Positions 28,153 to 37,851 of a stretch of 64,000 bases of DNA are shown here, one piece after another. Within the stretch, counting starts at the first letter, position 1; every line of letters begins with the position of its first letter. Source of the DNA: Oscillatoriales cyanobacterium (lineage in GTDB: Bacteria; Cyanobacteriota; Cyanobacteriia; Cyanobacteriales; Laspinemataceae); contig JAABRM010000001.1 of NCBI GenBank assembly GCA_011390955.1, positions 110,694-174,693 on the forward strand, in the 5' to 3' direction. The notes beneath the pieces are model-generated. The model was not told where the DNA came from. It saw only the letters and a list, made by a program, of their open reading frames with translations, and ran no database searches. The position numbers and the translations under genes were made by a program.

Positions 28153-30261
28153 GTGAAACAACATAGTCCAGTAAAAATTCAAGTCATTGATGAAAACTCT
28201 CCCTATTTAGAAACTGTGATTGCTCTAGGGGATGCGAATAAAGCTACTTTGGGATTTTTCAAAAGAAAAGCTTTTATACAATCCGCAGCAAAGCGTCAGA
28301 TTATTGTTGCTCTAGATTCCCACAAAAACTGTATTGGCTATCTACTCTATTACACTCGTTCTCGCGATCGTTATATTAAGATTGTTCATCTTTGCTTGGC
28401 TCCATCCTGTCGAGGCCAAGGAATTGCCAAGCAACTTGTTGACTATCTGAAAAAAAATACTCAAGCCTATAATGGAATAACTTTAACTTGTAGAGATGAT
28501 TATAAGTTACAGGATATGTGGGTAAAATTTGGGTTTTTCCCTGCGTATTCTAAATTAGCAAAAACCACAGGACAATATAATACAATCTGGCGCTTATTAG
28601 ATTACGGCCAAACTAATTTGTTGTTTGATTTAGCCAATCAGCATAGAGAAAATAAATTATCTGTGGCTATTGATTATTCTATATTTGTAAGTATCACTAA
28701 AAATGACCCTGATGAAGAGGCAAACTCTTTATTGGCTGACTGGCTTCAATCTGAGGTAGAATTGTGTGTTACTGAAGAAATTTTAACCGAAATTCATCAA
28801 ATCGATAATCTCAAACAACGAAATCGTCAGCAACAATTATTTGATAATTTTACTTGCCTGCCTTGTCCCCATGATAAATTCGAGGAATATTTTCAAAATC
28901 TGAATGTATTTTGCCAAAAAAATAAAATAAATATTAATCAATCATCGGTGCGTAATATTGCGAGAGCGATCGCTGCCAAAATTTATATTATAGTAACAAA
29001 ACATCAACCATTAATTCATAATGCAGAACTGCTATATGAAGCATCAAAAGTGTCAATTTTATCTCCCGATGATTTGATTATTAGGTTAGATAGTCTCAAC
29101 CAAAAACCTGACTATCAGCCTGTCCGATTAGCGGGAACTCAGCTAGAAGAAACAATTATACAAAAAGGTGAAGAATCTAACCTAATTGATGCTTTCTATT
29201 TATCAGGTAAAGAAAATAAAGCCGAATTTTCGCAGCGCTTACGCCGATTTATTGCAGAAAAAGATAAATTTACTCATGTTTTAGTGAGAAATGCAGAAAA
29301 AGAGCCTCTTGCTTTGGTTGTGTATGACAAACATAAACCCCATGAGTTAGAAATTCCCATGATTCGAGTCGGGGATCATTCCCTCTCGACAACCTTGGCA
29401 CGTAATTTAATTTTTCGCTCTATATCAAAAGCTGCATTTGACAATCGTCAATTTACCAGAATCACCGATCCACAATTAGATGATTCAATTATCAATGCTA
29501 TTCAAGAAGATATGTTCATTACTGTTCAAGATGGATATTTAAAAATGAATCTTGCTCAGGCTGAACCTGCATCTATCCTTTCAAGAAAAGTAATCAGCCT
29601 AGTAGATCGGTATATAGAAACTAATAATGGTTATAATTATTTCAAAAAATGTTCTGAAGATATCAATTCTTTAGATTTAAATGAGTACAAAAATTTATTC
29701 GTCATTGAAAAAGCGCTTTGGCCAGCAAAGATTATTGATGCTCAGATTCCTACATTTATTATTCCTATTCAGCCAAGATGGGCTCAAGAATTATTCGATT
29801 ATCATTTATCACAACAGTGTTTATTACACAATATCACTGATTTAGCTCTGAACAGAGAAGCCGTGTATTATAAATCCAAACAAGGTACTACAAAATTAAA
29901 ACCGGGAATTGTTGGTAGAATTTTATGGTATGTCAGTGCTGATAAAGATCGGGGTTTTATCGGAATTAAGGCAGTTCGAGCTTGTTCTATTCTGGATGAG
30001 GTGGTCATTGGCACCCCTGAAGAGTTAGATTTACGTTTCCGAAATTTAGGAGTTTACAAAAAAGAAGATTTACTTAAAATTGCTAAAAATGACGAAAAAC
30101 GAGATATAATGGCTTTAAGATTTAGCAACACAGAACTGTTTTATCATCCAATTAACTTGACAGATATTCGGGAAATCCTGAATAATAAAACAACAATACA
30201 AAGTTCTATTGAGATTACCGATCGACAATTTGAGCAAATTTACAAGATGGGTTACGTTTAA
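28153..30261 (+). CDS. Multidomain protein: N-terminal GNAT N-acetyltransferase fused to a PIN-like region and uncharacterised C-terminal domains (first gene of the McrBC-linked operon)
   Basis: GNAT motif A HLCLAPSCRGQGIAKQLVDYLKK (res ~80-105). Residues ~165-300 (LSVAIDYSIFVSITKNDPDEEANSLLADWLQSEVELCVTEEILTEI) follow the PIN-domain pattern. The remaining ~400 aa are uncharacterised. The stop is 3 bp from the next start. Confidence 0.65.
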   Translation: MKQHSPVKIQVIDENSPYLETVIALGDANKATLGFFKRKAFIQSAAKRQIIVALDSHKNCIGYLLYYTRSRDRYIKIVHLCLAPSCRGQGIAKQLVDYLKKNTQAYNGITLTCRDDYKLQDMWVKFGFFPAYSKLAKTTGQYNTIWRLLDYGQTNLLFDLANQHRENKLSVAIDYSIFVSITKNDPDEEANSLLADWLQSEVELCVTEEILTEIHQIDNLKQRNRQQQLFDNFTCLPCPHDKFEEYFQNLNVFCQKNKININQSSVRNIARAIAAKIYIIVTKHQPLIHNAELLYEASKVSILSPDDLIIRLDSLNQKPDYQPVRLAGTQLEETIIQKGEESNLIDAFYLSGKENKAEFSQRLRRFIAEKDKFTHVLVRNAEKEPLALVVYDKHKPHELEIPMIRVGDHSLSTTLARNLIFRSISKAAFDNRQFTRITDPQLDDSIINAIQEDMFITVQDGYLKMNLAQAEPASILSRKVISLVDRYIETNNGYNYFKKCSEDINSLDLNEYKNLFVIEKALWPAKIIDAQIPTFIIPIQPRWAQELFDYHLSQQCLLHNITDLALNREAVYYKSKQGTTKLKPGIVGRILWYVSADKDRGFIGIKAVRACSILDEVVIGTPEELDLRFRNLGVYKKEDLLKIAKNDEKRDIMALRFSNTELFYHPINLTDIREILNNKTTIQSSIEITDRQFEQIYKMGYV

Positions 30262-30264
30262 GTT

Positions 30265-30708
30265 ATGTCAGAAAGCCAAGACAATATTTTGTTACTCTCT
30301 ATCAAACCAGAATATGTCGTTAAGTTGTTTGACGGAACCAAAAAAGTAGAGTTAAGAAAAATTAAACCAAAGTTAATACCAGGAGATAGGGTGGTGGTTT
30401 ATGCTTGTTCCCCAGTGAAAGCGATCGTCGGTGTATTTGAAGTAGAAAAAGTGCTTGAAGATAGTCCAAGCAGCCTTTGGGATCGGGTGAAAGAAATTGC
30501 TGGTATCAGTAAACCAGATTTTGATGATTATTATTATACTTCCAGAAAAGCGTATGCAATTTTTTTAAAAAAAACCGAACAATATGAGCCTCCATTAGAT
30601 TTAGAAGCTATCAAGCAGCAATGGTTTAACTTTCATCCACCGCAAAGTTACAAATACTTAACAAATTCTGAGTTTAAAGAAATTCAAAATATGATCACAA
30701 TAGCTTAA
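30265..30708 (+). CDS. ASCH-domain (PUA-like fold) protein
   Basis: LLSIKPEYVVKLFDGTKKVELRKIKPKLIPGDRVVVYACSPVKAIVGVFEVEKV matches the ASCH beta-barrel consensus (sIkp..a..I..G.K..ElR.......pGd.i.iy.....ivg...v). 147 aa. Confidence 0.6.
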   Translation: MSESQDNILLLSIKPEYVVKLFDGTKKVELRKIKPKLIPGDRVVVYACSPVKAIVGVFEVEKVLEDSPSSLWDRVKEIAGISKPDFDDYYYTSRKAYAIFLKKTEQYEPPLDLEAIKQQWFNFHPPQSYKYLTNSEFKEIQNMITIA

Positions 30709-30722
30709 TTTATCGAAAAAAT

Positions 30723-32342
30723 ATGGGTGGTATAGAAAATATAGAGACACTCAATCAAAACACTTTAATATCGTTGTTTCAAGAATTTTTGAAGGATCCT
30801 TACATACAGGGAGGTCTAACTAAAATATCTGACTATAAGGAACAGCGTCAACAGGGACGACGTAACTTTGAAGCGATCGCCTCATTGGTTCAGTATGGAC
30901 AAATTCCTACGGAACTGATTCTACTACAATTACTGCCTTATGAAAATTCTCCTAGTAATTCTTATCAAAGAGCATGGATCCATAGTAATCCAGGCATCAC
31001 TGGAACCTTAGAAGAATGGTTAAAACAGCAACAATGGAATGAAAAACAAACCGCAAAAATAGCTCGGGCAATTTTTCGGTTGGTTAACCGCTGTAACGAC
31101 GATCCAAGTCAGTTGTCAGTTGCTTGCAATGAGTTTTGGCAAATTCCTTATGCTCAAAATATCAGTACAGAGTTAATCTCGCCGATTCTTCATGCACTGA
31201 AACCTGACAAATTTATGATGATTCATCAGAAATCACTACAGATTATTAATGGTTTTTATCAAAAGTATTATACTGAACAATTAAAAGATTATCCAGAAAC
31301 GAATCACTTAGGGAATCAGTTAATTAAGGAATTGGCAAATTATAAACAACAGGTCTTTGGTCTGCCAGCAATTCCAGATTATGACTTTTTTGATTTATTT
31401 TGTCACTGGGTTTTCAGGGGTAATCATCAAAAATTTTTTAATAAACAAGAGACTTTACCTAAATTGAATAAAGAGAATTTTGTGAATAGTCACACGAATC
31501 AAAACTTGAAATATTCTTTATTACAATGTGCTGAAGAAACCGGATTTGAGGAATCAGAACTCAAAAGATGGGTACGCGCTATCCACCGTAAAGGACAAGC
31601 TATTTTACAAGGCCCTCCCGGAACAGGTAAAACTTATCTGGCGGAAAAAATTGCTCAACATTTAATTGGTGGTGGCGATGGTTTCTGTGAACTGGTGCAA
31701 TTTCATCCCGCGTATGCTTATGAAGATTTTATTCAGGGAATTCGTCCTAAAACTGATGATCGAGGACAACTAACTTATCCAGTGGTTCCTGGTCGATTTT
31801 TGGAGTTTTGCCAAAAATCTCAGGAATGTAAAGATACTTGTGTTCTGATTATTGATGAAATTAACCGAGCCAATTTATCGAGTATCTTTGGGGAGTTAAT
31901 GTATTTACTGGAATATCGAGACAAAGATATTTATTTGTCTGGAAGTGCTGAAAAGTTTAAAATTCCTAAAAATCTCAGATTAATCGGGACGATGAACACC
32001 GCCGATCGCTCCATTGCTTTAGTCGATTATGCGCTACGCCGACGTTTTGCTTTTATCGAAATATCTCCGAACTATCAGGCATTACAAACATATCACAAAC
32101 GAGCGAATACTGATTTTCCGGTGGAAAATTTGATCAAAATTTTGCAAAAGCTTAATCAACAAATTAACGATCGGCATTATGCGATCGGCAATTCTTTTTT
32201 TATGGTGGAAAATTTACAAGATGAACTCCCTGATATTTGGCAAATGGAAATTGAACCTTATTTGGAGGAGTATTTTTTTAACCAGTTGGGAAAAGTCGAT
32301 GAGTTTCGTTGGCAAAAAATTAATCAACATTTTTTAGTATGA
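30723..32342 (+). CDS. mcrB: McrB-family GTPase (AAA+ McrB-type NTPase) with an uncharacterised ~290-aa N-terminal domain
   Basis: GPPGTGKTYLAEKIA (Walker A), FHPAYAYEDFIQGIRP, VLIIDEINRANLSSIFGELMYLLEYRD, RLIGTMNTADRSIALVDYALRRRFAFIEI. These are canonical McrB GTPase motifs, including NTAD in place of NKxD. The N-terminal 290 aa have no motif I recognise. Confidence 0.9.
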   Translation: MGGIENIETLNQNTLISLFQEFLKDPYIQGGLTKISDYKEQRQQGRRNFEAIASLVQYGQIPTELILLQLLPYENSPSNSYQRAWIHSNPGITGTLEEWLKQQQWNEKQTAKIARAIFRLVNRCNDDPSQLSVACNEFWQIPYAQNISTELISPILHALKPDKFMMIHQKSLQIINGFYQKYYTEQLKDYPETNHLGNQLIKELANYKQQVFGLPAIPDYDFFDLFCHWVFRGNHQKFFNKQETLPKLNKENFVNSHTNQNLKYSLLQCAEETGFEESELKRWVRAIHRKGQAILQGPPGTGKTYLAEKIAQHLIGGGDGFCELVQFHPAYAYEDFIQGIRPKTDDRGQLTYPVVPGRFLEFCQKSQECKDTCVLIIDEINRANLSSIFGELMYLLEYRDKDIYLSGSAEKFKIPKNLRLIGTMNTADRSIALVDYALRRRFAFIEISPNYQALQTYHKRANTDFPVENLIKILQKLNQQINDRHYAIGNSFFMVENLQDELPDIWQMEIEPYLEEYFFNQLGKVDEFRWQKINQHFLV

Positions 32343-33550
32343 ATTTAGACACTATTAAAGTTATTGAAATCATCGAATATCAATCAATTTTAATTCCGCG
32401 TCAGGATATTCCCCAAGCCGCCCTGGATGAACTAAGACAAAAATACAAACCCCAACTTCAAATTGGGCTTGAAGATACAAGATATGGTGATTTCTGGAAA
32501 CTTACGGCTAAAGGATGGGTTGGTTATATTCCTTTACCGGCAAATTTGGGGATTAGACTTCAGCCTAAAGTCCCCATTCAATCTATCTTAGGAATGTTAG
32601 AATATGCCTATAATTTAAAAAGTTTTCGGTTTTTAGATGGTTTGATTGATTGTGAAACCTTAGAGGAATTTTGCGATCGCCTTGCCGCTATTCTCGCTAG
32701 TCGCATTTTATCTCGCGTTCGTCAGGGCATTTATCAGACCTATCTACCAAAGACTGGAGAATTAGGATATATTCGCGATCGCCTCGATATTCGCCACACA
32801 ATTCAACAACCTTGGACGGTCAAATTCACTTGTCATTATCAAGAATACACCGCTGATATTCCAGATAATCAGATTCTCCTTTGGACAATGCACTGTCTGA
32901 GTTTTTCTGGTCTTTGTCGCCAGTTCTCGCAACATCTCGTATCAGAAACTTATCGCGCATTAAAAGGAGTAGTAACACTGAGACATTTTAACTCTCAAGA
33001 CTGCTGCGATCGCTCATATAACCGCTTAAATCAAGATTACGAATCTTTACACGCCCTCTGTTACTTTTTTCTGGAACAGATCGCCCCCAGTCATTCCATA
33101 GGTTTTTCTAAAAATTTACCTTTTTTGGTAGATATGTCAAAACTGTATGAGCAGTTTATTTATCAATGGTTAAAAATCCACCTCCCTGGAAATTTTAGCA
33201 TTAAAGCCCAAGAACGATTACAGATTGGTAAAAAATTAAACTTTAAAATAGATTTAGTGATTTATGAAACATCTATGGAAAATCCTAGATATATCCTTGA
33301 TACTAAATACAAGAGGTCATTAAAACCATCGACAGAAGATGTCGCTCAAATTATCGCTTATGCCACTGCCAAAAATTGCCCTGAAGCAATTTTAATTTAT
33401 CCCGTTGATTTACCTGAACCCGTTGATGAATGGGTAGGCGATCGCCAAATACACCTGAGAAGTTTAACTTTTTCCACTCAGACCAACCTGGAAAAATCAG
33501 GTGACAAATTTTTAATTAAATTGTTTGATGATTATCAATATTTACCCTGA
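32339..33550 (+). CDS. mcrC: McrC-family endonuclease subunit of the McrBC system
   Basis: 4-bp overlap with mcrB (ATGA). C-terminal PD-(D/E)xK core NFKIDLVIYE...ILDTKYK (the D...E.K / DTKYK signature typical of the McrC family). Confidence 0.8.
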   Translation: MNLDTIKVIEIIEYQSILIPRQDIPQAALDELRQKYKPQLQIGLEDTRYGDFWKLTAKGWVGYIPLPANLGIRLQPKVPIQSILGMLEYAYNLKSFRFLDGLIDCETLEEFCDRLAAILASRILSRVRQGIYQTYLPKTGELGYIRDRLDIRHTIQQPWTVKFTCHYQEYTADIPDNQILLWTMHCLSFSGLCRQFSQHLVSETYRALKGVVTLRHFNSQDCCDRSYNRLNQDYESLHALCYFFLEQIAPSHSIGFSKNLPFLVDMSKLYEQFIYQWLKIHLPGNFSIKAQERLQIGKKLNFKIDLVIYETSMENPRYILDTKYKRSLKPSTEDVAQIIAYATAKNCPEAILIYPVDLPEPVDEWVGDRQIHLRSLTFSTQTNLEKSGDKFLIKLFDDYQYLP

Positions 33551-33937
33551 CTAATTAATTTATAAACCAATAAAAAATAACCATTAATATGCCAATTTCA
33601 ATATATTTTTTTTGAAAAAATAATATATTTTTATAATAAAACGGTTTTTAAATTATGCTAAGAAGCAAAAGACCAATAACCCTGGTTTTTTTATCGGTGA
33701 TGGCATCTCAGGGGAAAAGGAAATGTGCAGATATTGAATGAGATCGGAATGCGTCGATTTGGATCGATCGCCCAGAAGATCGAGTAACAAATCCACCGTT
33801 GTATCTGTCAATTTTCCTAACGTGACAGATTTAAATAATTGGTTAAATAATTGAATTGGTTAAATAATTGGCTGGAAAAATTTAATAGTCAGAGGAAATA
33901 TGAGAATAAAAAGTGCCTATTTGTAAAATTAAAACAT

Positions 33938-33965
33938 TAAGCCAGAAACATAGTTTCTGGCCTAA
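33938..33965 (-). terminator. Putative rho-independent terminator downstream of the 34003-36261 gene
   Basis: Hairpin gccagaaacatagtttctggc immediately 3' of the minus-strand stop, followed on the transcribed strand by a T-rich run (ttaatgttttaatttt). Confidence 0.35.
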
Positions 33966-34002
33966 AAACGAGCCACATCAAGACTGAACCAAAACCACAA
34001 TT

Positions 34003-36261
34003 TTATCGAGTCACCGGCTCAATAAATGGCTCCAAAGGTTGATTCGTTCCCTGAGAGTCTGATGGCATATTTTCCGCCGAGGGAGGTGGATTATTTTCTG
34101 GAGAATTTTGATTATTTTCTTCTGGAACTACGGTTCTAGGTGGCGGAGCAATAATCCGTTTCCAGTCTTCAACTTGACGCTGCACTACTTGATAATTAGC
34201 GGCATAAAATGGAATCGTTTGGGCAATATCAATGGCGCGAAGCAAATCGTACTGAGCCTCATCTTGGGCCATATTATAAAGTTGCGTACTCCATTCATTG
34301 ATAGAATTATCCGCTTGGGAGCGTAAAGGACTGACCATTGACACTTGATTGATAGTTTCAATGGCTTTAAGTAAGGTGGCCGGATTGGTTGTTCCATTGG
34401 CCATAGCACTGGCTTGTTGAAGACTTTCTCGATCGCGGATTTCGGTTTTCCAGGCAAAAATAGCCGATTGCGCCTCTTGATATAAGAGTCTGCCCGGACT
34501 AATTTTTTCCGCTTGAGAGATCGCCAGAAGTAAATTGCCGGCTTTGGCCAAATTCCAAGCCCGATCTAACACCGGCTGATCTTCTTGGCGCTGAATTTCG
34601 CCGCGCCATGCGTCGATTTTGTCTTGGGCTTCTTGGTAAAGTTCTCGTCCGGGACGAATTTGTTGGGCGGTATCAATGGCCGCTTGCAAGGAGAGGCGAT
34701 CGCCGTATTTGGCTAAATCTTGGGCTTGCATTAAAAACGGACGATCTTCTTGCACCTCAATCAAATTTTGCCAGCGATTGATATTATCTTGGGCTTCATC
34801 CCAATAGCTGTTACTGCGTCCGACCAATTGGGCTTGGGAAATCGCCATGCGTAAATCTTGGGCAGAACCCAGTTGTGCCTGTTGCCGCGCTTTTTCCAAA
34901 TAAGCTAAATCCTGAATATCTTGCTGCCAGGTCATAATCAGCCGCTGGGCTTCGGCATACATAGGCCGACCGGCTCCAATTTGTTGGGCTTTAGTAATTG
35001 CCTCTTGAATCGAGCTTAAGCTGCCTCGGTCAGCCAGAGATTTTGCCCTGGTCAAATCCACAAAATCCACCGCCTCATTTTTCAGAGGACTATCAGCGGG
35101 AATTTGCCGCGCAATATAGATCGCATCTTGCCAATCTTGGCGCTCCAGACTGGCTTTGGCCATTTCCATCATTTGTTCGGCAAACTTCATTTTCAACGAA
35201 CGCGCCGCTTTATAAAGTTTGCTTTTCTCGTCAAAAGTCGAAACTATGCGTAACGCTTCTAACAGGTTTTTAATTTCGCCCGTATCTGCTAAATCTCTGG
35301 CTTTATCCAAAGTTTTTGCCGATTCTCTGGTGGCTTCAATTAAAGTAAACAGGGCATCAAATTGCTTGGTTTGCCAGTAGCGATTTTCCACAAATTGCAG
35401 CTTTTGGGCGGCAAAAAAAGCATCCCGCCACATTTCTTTTTCCATCGCCGCTTCCGCTGCTTTGTAGTAGTCTTTGGCTTCTTGCCAAATAGACTCCCAT
35501 TTTTTAATCCGTTCATCTACTAAACTAGCCGCAGAGGTATCGCGGGGAATTTGCCTAGCGGTGGAGATCGCCTCAGTAATGTCACCGGCATGAAAACTTT
35601 CTTCCGCCAGATCCAATAATTGCTCGGCCCAAGTTTCGATATTCTCGTCAATTTGTTTCCGCAGCGGATGATCTTTCGGCAAATCGTAAGCGATCGCGAT
35701 CGCCTCTAATAACCCGTTAATAGTTTTTTGATTCGCCAACTGTCCCGCACAATATAACTGCTCCGACGCGGAAGGCTTAAACCAGAAAAAATGATAATTA
35801 CAAGTCGGTGTATCGGGCAACTTGAGCAACATCATCAAAGATCCGACACCGAGACCCCCTGACACGGTTAAAGTAATCAGTCCCCAAAGTTCCCAGCGCT
35901 GCAATAACCGGATTGCCCAGTGCTTGCGATCGTGAAAAGATTTTCTATGTTGGCGATCGCGACGATCCCCAATTTGAGAATGAGAATTCCAGAGTGCAGA
36001 TTTTGGCGATCGGTCATCCTGTGGGTTGGAATTAAATTCCGATTGCAACTTCAAACTCCCATCAGTAGCGTTTGCCCCCACGGGAGAGCTAAAAGCTGAT
36101 GGCAATGGCTCCAAAGAACGGCTCAAGAACTGCTCTTTAGCGTCTGAGTCGGAACCCTGAGATGGATGCCAACGATCTGGAATTTCGCGATTTCTAGTCA
36201 TACCTACCCACAAATAGTCTTCTAGCCGTCTTGGAGTCGCTTTGAGCACAAGTGTTCTCAA
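34003..36261 (-). CDS. Membrane-anchored repeat protein (uncharacterised). Single TM, then ~8 tandem ~45-aa alpha-helical repeats, and a Pro/Asn-rich C-terminus.
   Basis: TM WELWGLITLTVSGGLGVGSLMMLLKL; repeats of the form AI..AQQI.PGR.LY.EAQ..I..W..EIQ..ED.P.L..A..LAK.G; the C-terminus PPPRTVVPEENNQNSPENNPPPSAENMPSD is low complexity. Confidence 0.6.
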   Translation of the reverse strand: MRTLVLKATPRRLEDYLWVGMTRNREIPDRWHPSQGSDSDAKEQFLSRSLEPLPSAFSSPVGANATDGSLKLQSEFNSNPQDDRSPKSALWNSHSQIGDRRDRQHRKSFHDRKHWAIRLLQRWELWGLITLTVSGGLGVGSLMMLLKLPDTPTCNYHFFWFKPSASEQLYCAGQLANQKTINGLLEAIAIAYDLPKDHPLRKQIDENIETWAEQLLDLAEESFHAGDITEAISTARQIPRDTSAASLVDERIKKWESIWQEAKDYYKAAEAAMEKEMWRDAFFAAQKLQFVENRYWQTKQFDALFTLIEATRESAKTLDKARDLADTGEIKNLLEALRIVSTFDEKSKLYKAARSLKMKFAEQMMEMAKASLERQDWQDAIYIARQIPADSPLKNEAVDFVDLTRAKSLADRGSLSSIQEAITKAQQIGAGRPMYAEAQRLIMTWQQDIQDLAYLEKARQQAQLGSAQDLRMAISQAQLVGRSNSYWDEAQDNINRWQNLIEVQEDRPFLMQAQDLAKYGDRLSLQAAIDTAQQIRPGRELYQEAQDKIDAWRGEIQRQEDQPVLDRAWNLAKAGNLLLAISQAEKISPGRLLYQEAQSAIFAWKTEIRDRESLQQASAMANGTTNPATLLKAIETINQVSMVSPLRSQADNSINEWSTQLYNMAQDEAQYDLLRAIDIAQTIPFYAANYQVVQRQVEDWKRIIAPPPRTVVPEENNQNSPENNPPPSAENMPSDSQGTNQPLEPFIEPVTR

Positions 36262-36501
36262 CGACTTTACCGCAATTTTTGATCTGAAATTGTTTTTTAT
36301 TGACCGATGACAAACCGATGAATATAAGTTTGCCAGAGGGAAACTGGTGAAATTATAGACATTTTCCGTGCGAACGGCATCACCCTGGGTTGGAACCCCC
36401 TCTCCCCCCTCATGTTTGCTCTAATCGCCAGATTGGTGGATTGCTCTGGTATTGTAGCGAATTTAATATTTTGAGTGTTCGATCGACAGACAACTGAAGT
36501 A

Positions 36502-36652
36502 AGTAGGTGAACATAATTAATTTCACTTTTCTTTCCCCGCCGATAGGCTGTGGATTCCCGCCTATAGCCTTTGGCATGGGCTTCGCAAGGACGCGGGAAT
36601 GACAGTTTTTTTCTCATTGGGTCTGTAGTGCATTTATTTCTGCCCGTCTACT
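36502..36652. mobile_element. MITE B copy 3 (inverted orientation)
   Basis: agtaggtgaacataattaatttcactttt...gcgggaatgacagtttttttc...catttatttctgcccgtctact is the reverse complement of the arrangement in copies 1 and 2, with a diverged internal hairpin. Confidence 0.7.
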
Positions 36653-36751
36653 TATTTGCCATAAGTGTCTTCCGAGAAGGGGCAATTGATTCATTGCCCC
36701 TTTGGGCAGATCGATCCGGGAACGGTGACACCGGAATTAATTCCCTCGCGA

Positions 36752-37645
36752 TTAACCTTCTCGGCGTAACTCGACAATTAATTCAGCCAACTGATCCGCA
36801 CTCGCGGTGTAAACCTCATTACAAAAATGGCAAATGGCTTCAGCCCCATCATCTTTTAAAATCATATCTTCAAGTTCAGCCGCTCCCAGCATTTTCAATG
36901 CCCCGAACATCCTTTCTGAGGAACAACCACAATGAAATCTCACCATTTGTCTTTCTGGGAGAATTGATAAACCCATATCTCCAAGGAGTTGGTGCAAAAT
37001 ATCCGGCAAAGTTTTTCCCGCTTTCAGCAACGGTGTAAAACCTTGGAGGGCTTCAACCCGCGACGCTAAAGTTTCCACCAGAGTTTCATCAGTAGCCGCT
37101 TTAGGCATAATCTGTAACAGTAAACCCCCAGAGGCGGTGACACCTTCAGCGCCCACAAACACCCCTAACATCAACGCCGAGGGAGTTTGTTCTGAGGTGA
37201 CGAGATAATGGGTAATATCTTCGCCAATTTCCCCGGACACCAATTCTACGGTACTGGAATAGGGATAGCCATAACCGACATCTCGCACCACATAAAGATA
37301 ACCCTGACCCACTGCCCCACCGACATCCAATTTCCCCTTGGCATTTGGCGGCAGTTCCACCTGTGGGTTGTCCACATAACCCCGTACCGTGCCATCTAAA
37401 CCGGCATCGACTAAGAGGCCACCCAGGGGTCCATCCCCTTTGATCCGAATATTGACCCGCGATTCTGAACGCTTCATACTCGAAACCAACAGCAGTCCCG
37501 CAGACATACTCCGACCCAGGGCGGCGGTGGCCACATAAGACAACTGGTGGCGTTTTCGGGCTTCTTCGGTCAATCGGGTGGTAATCACCCCCACGGCACG
37601 AATGCCACCATCCGCAGCGGTGGCACGAATTAACTGATCCGCCAT
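36752..37645 (-). CDS. hslO: Hsp33 redox-regulated chaperone
   Basis: MADQLIRATAADGGIRAVGVITTRLTEEARKRHQLSYVATAALGRSMSAGLLLVS plus the C-terminal zinc centre CGCSSERMFGALKMLG...CHFCNEVY (CxC...CxxC). The track ORF begins at 37669 on a GTG; ATG at 37645 is preferred. Confidence 0.85.
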   Translation of the reverse strand: MADQLIRATAADGGIRAVGVITTRLTEEARKRHQLSYVATAALGRSMSAGLLLVSSMKRSESRVNIRIKGDGPLGGLLVDAGLDGTVRGYVDNPQVELPPNAKGKLDVGGAVGQGYLYVVRDVGYGYPYSSTVELVSGEIGEDITHYLVTSEQTPSALMLGVFVGAEGVTASGGLLLQIMPKAATDETLVETLASRVEALQGFTPLLKAGKTLPDILHQLLGDMGLSILPERQMVRFHCGCSSERMFGALKMLGAAELEDMILKDDGAEAICHFCNEVYTASADQLAELIVELRREG

Positions 37646-37851
37646 AATAAACCTTACATTTCTTAACACCTCATTACATTATTTTACGTTGCGACGCTCG
37701 CGAACCGCTAGAAAAATTACTTTCACAGAAAAATTGGTAGCGCGTCGATCTAGGGATTTGCTGTTGCGCTGCTTCACTTCGCCCCTGTTCCTCTGTAGCC
37801 TAGAACAAATTCTCCTGGGATGTTTTACAATCGGGAAAACGTCCACTCGCA

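Noticed and set aside
36297-37038. ORFs 36297..36617 (-) and 36571..37038 (+)
   Set aside because: Overlap MITE B copy 3 and the antisense strand of hslO, with no supporting motifs.
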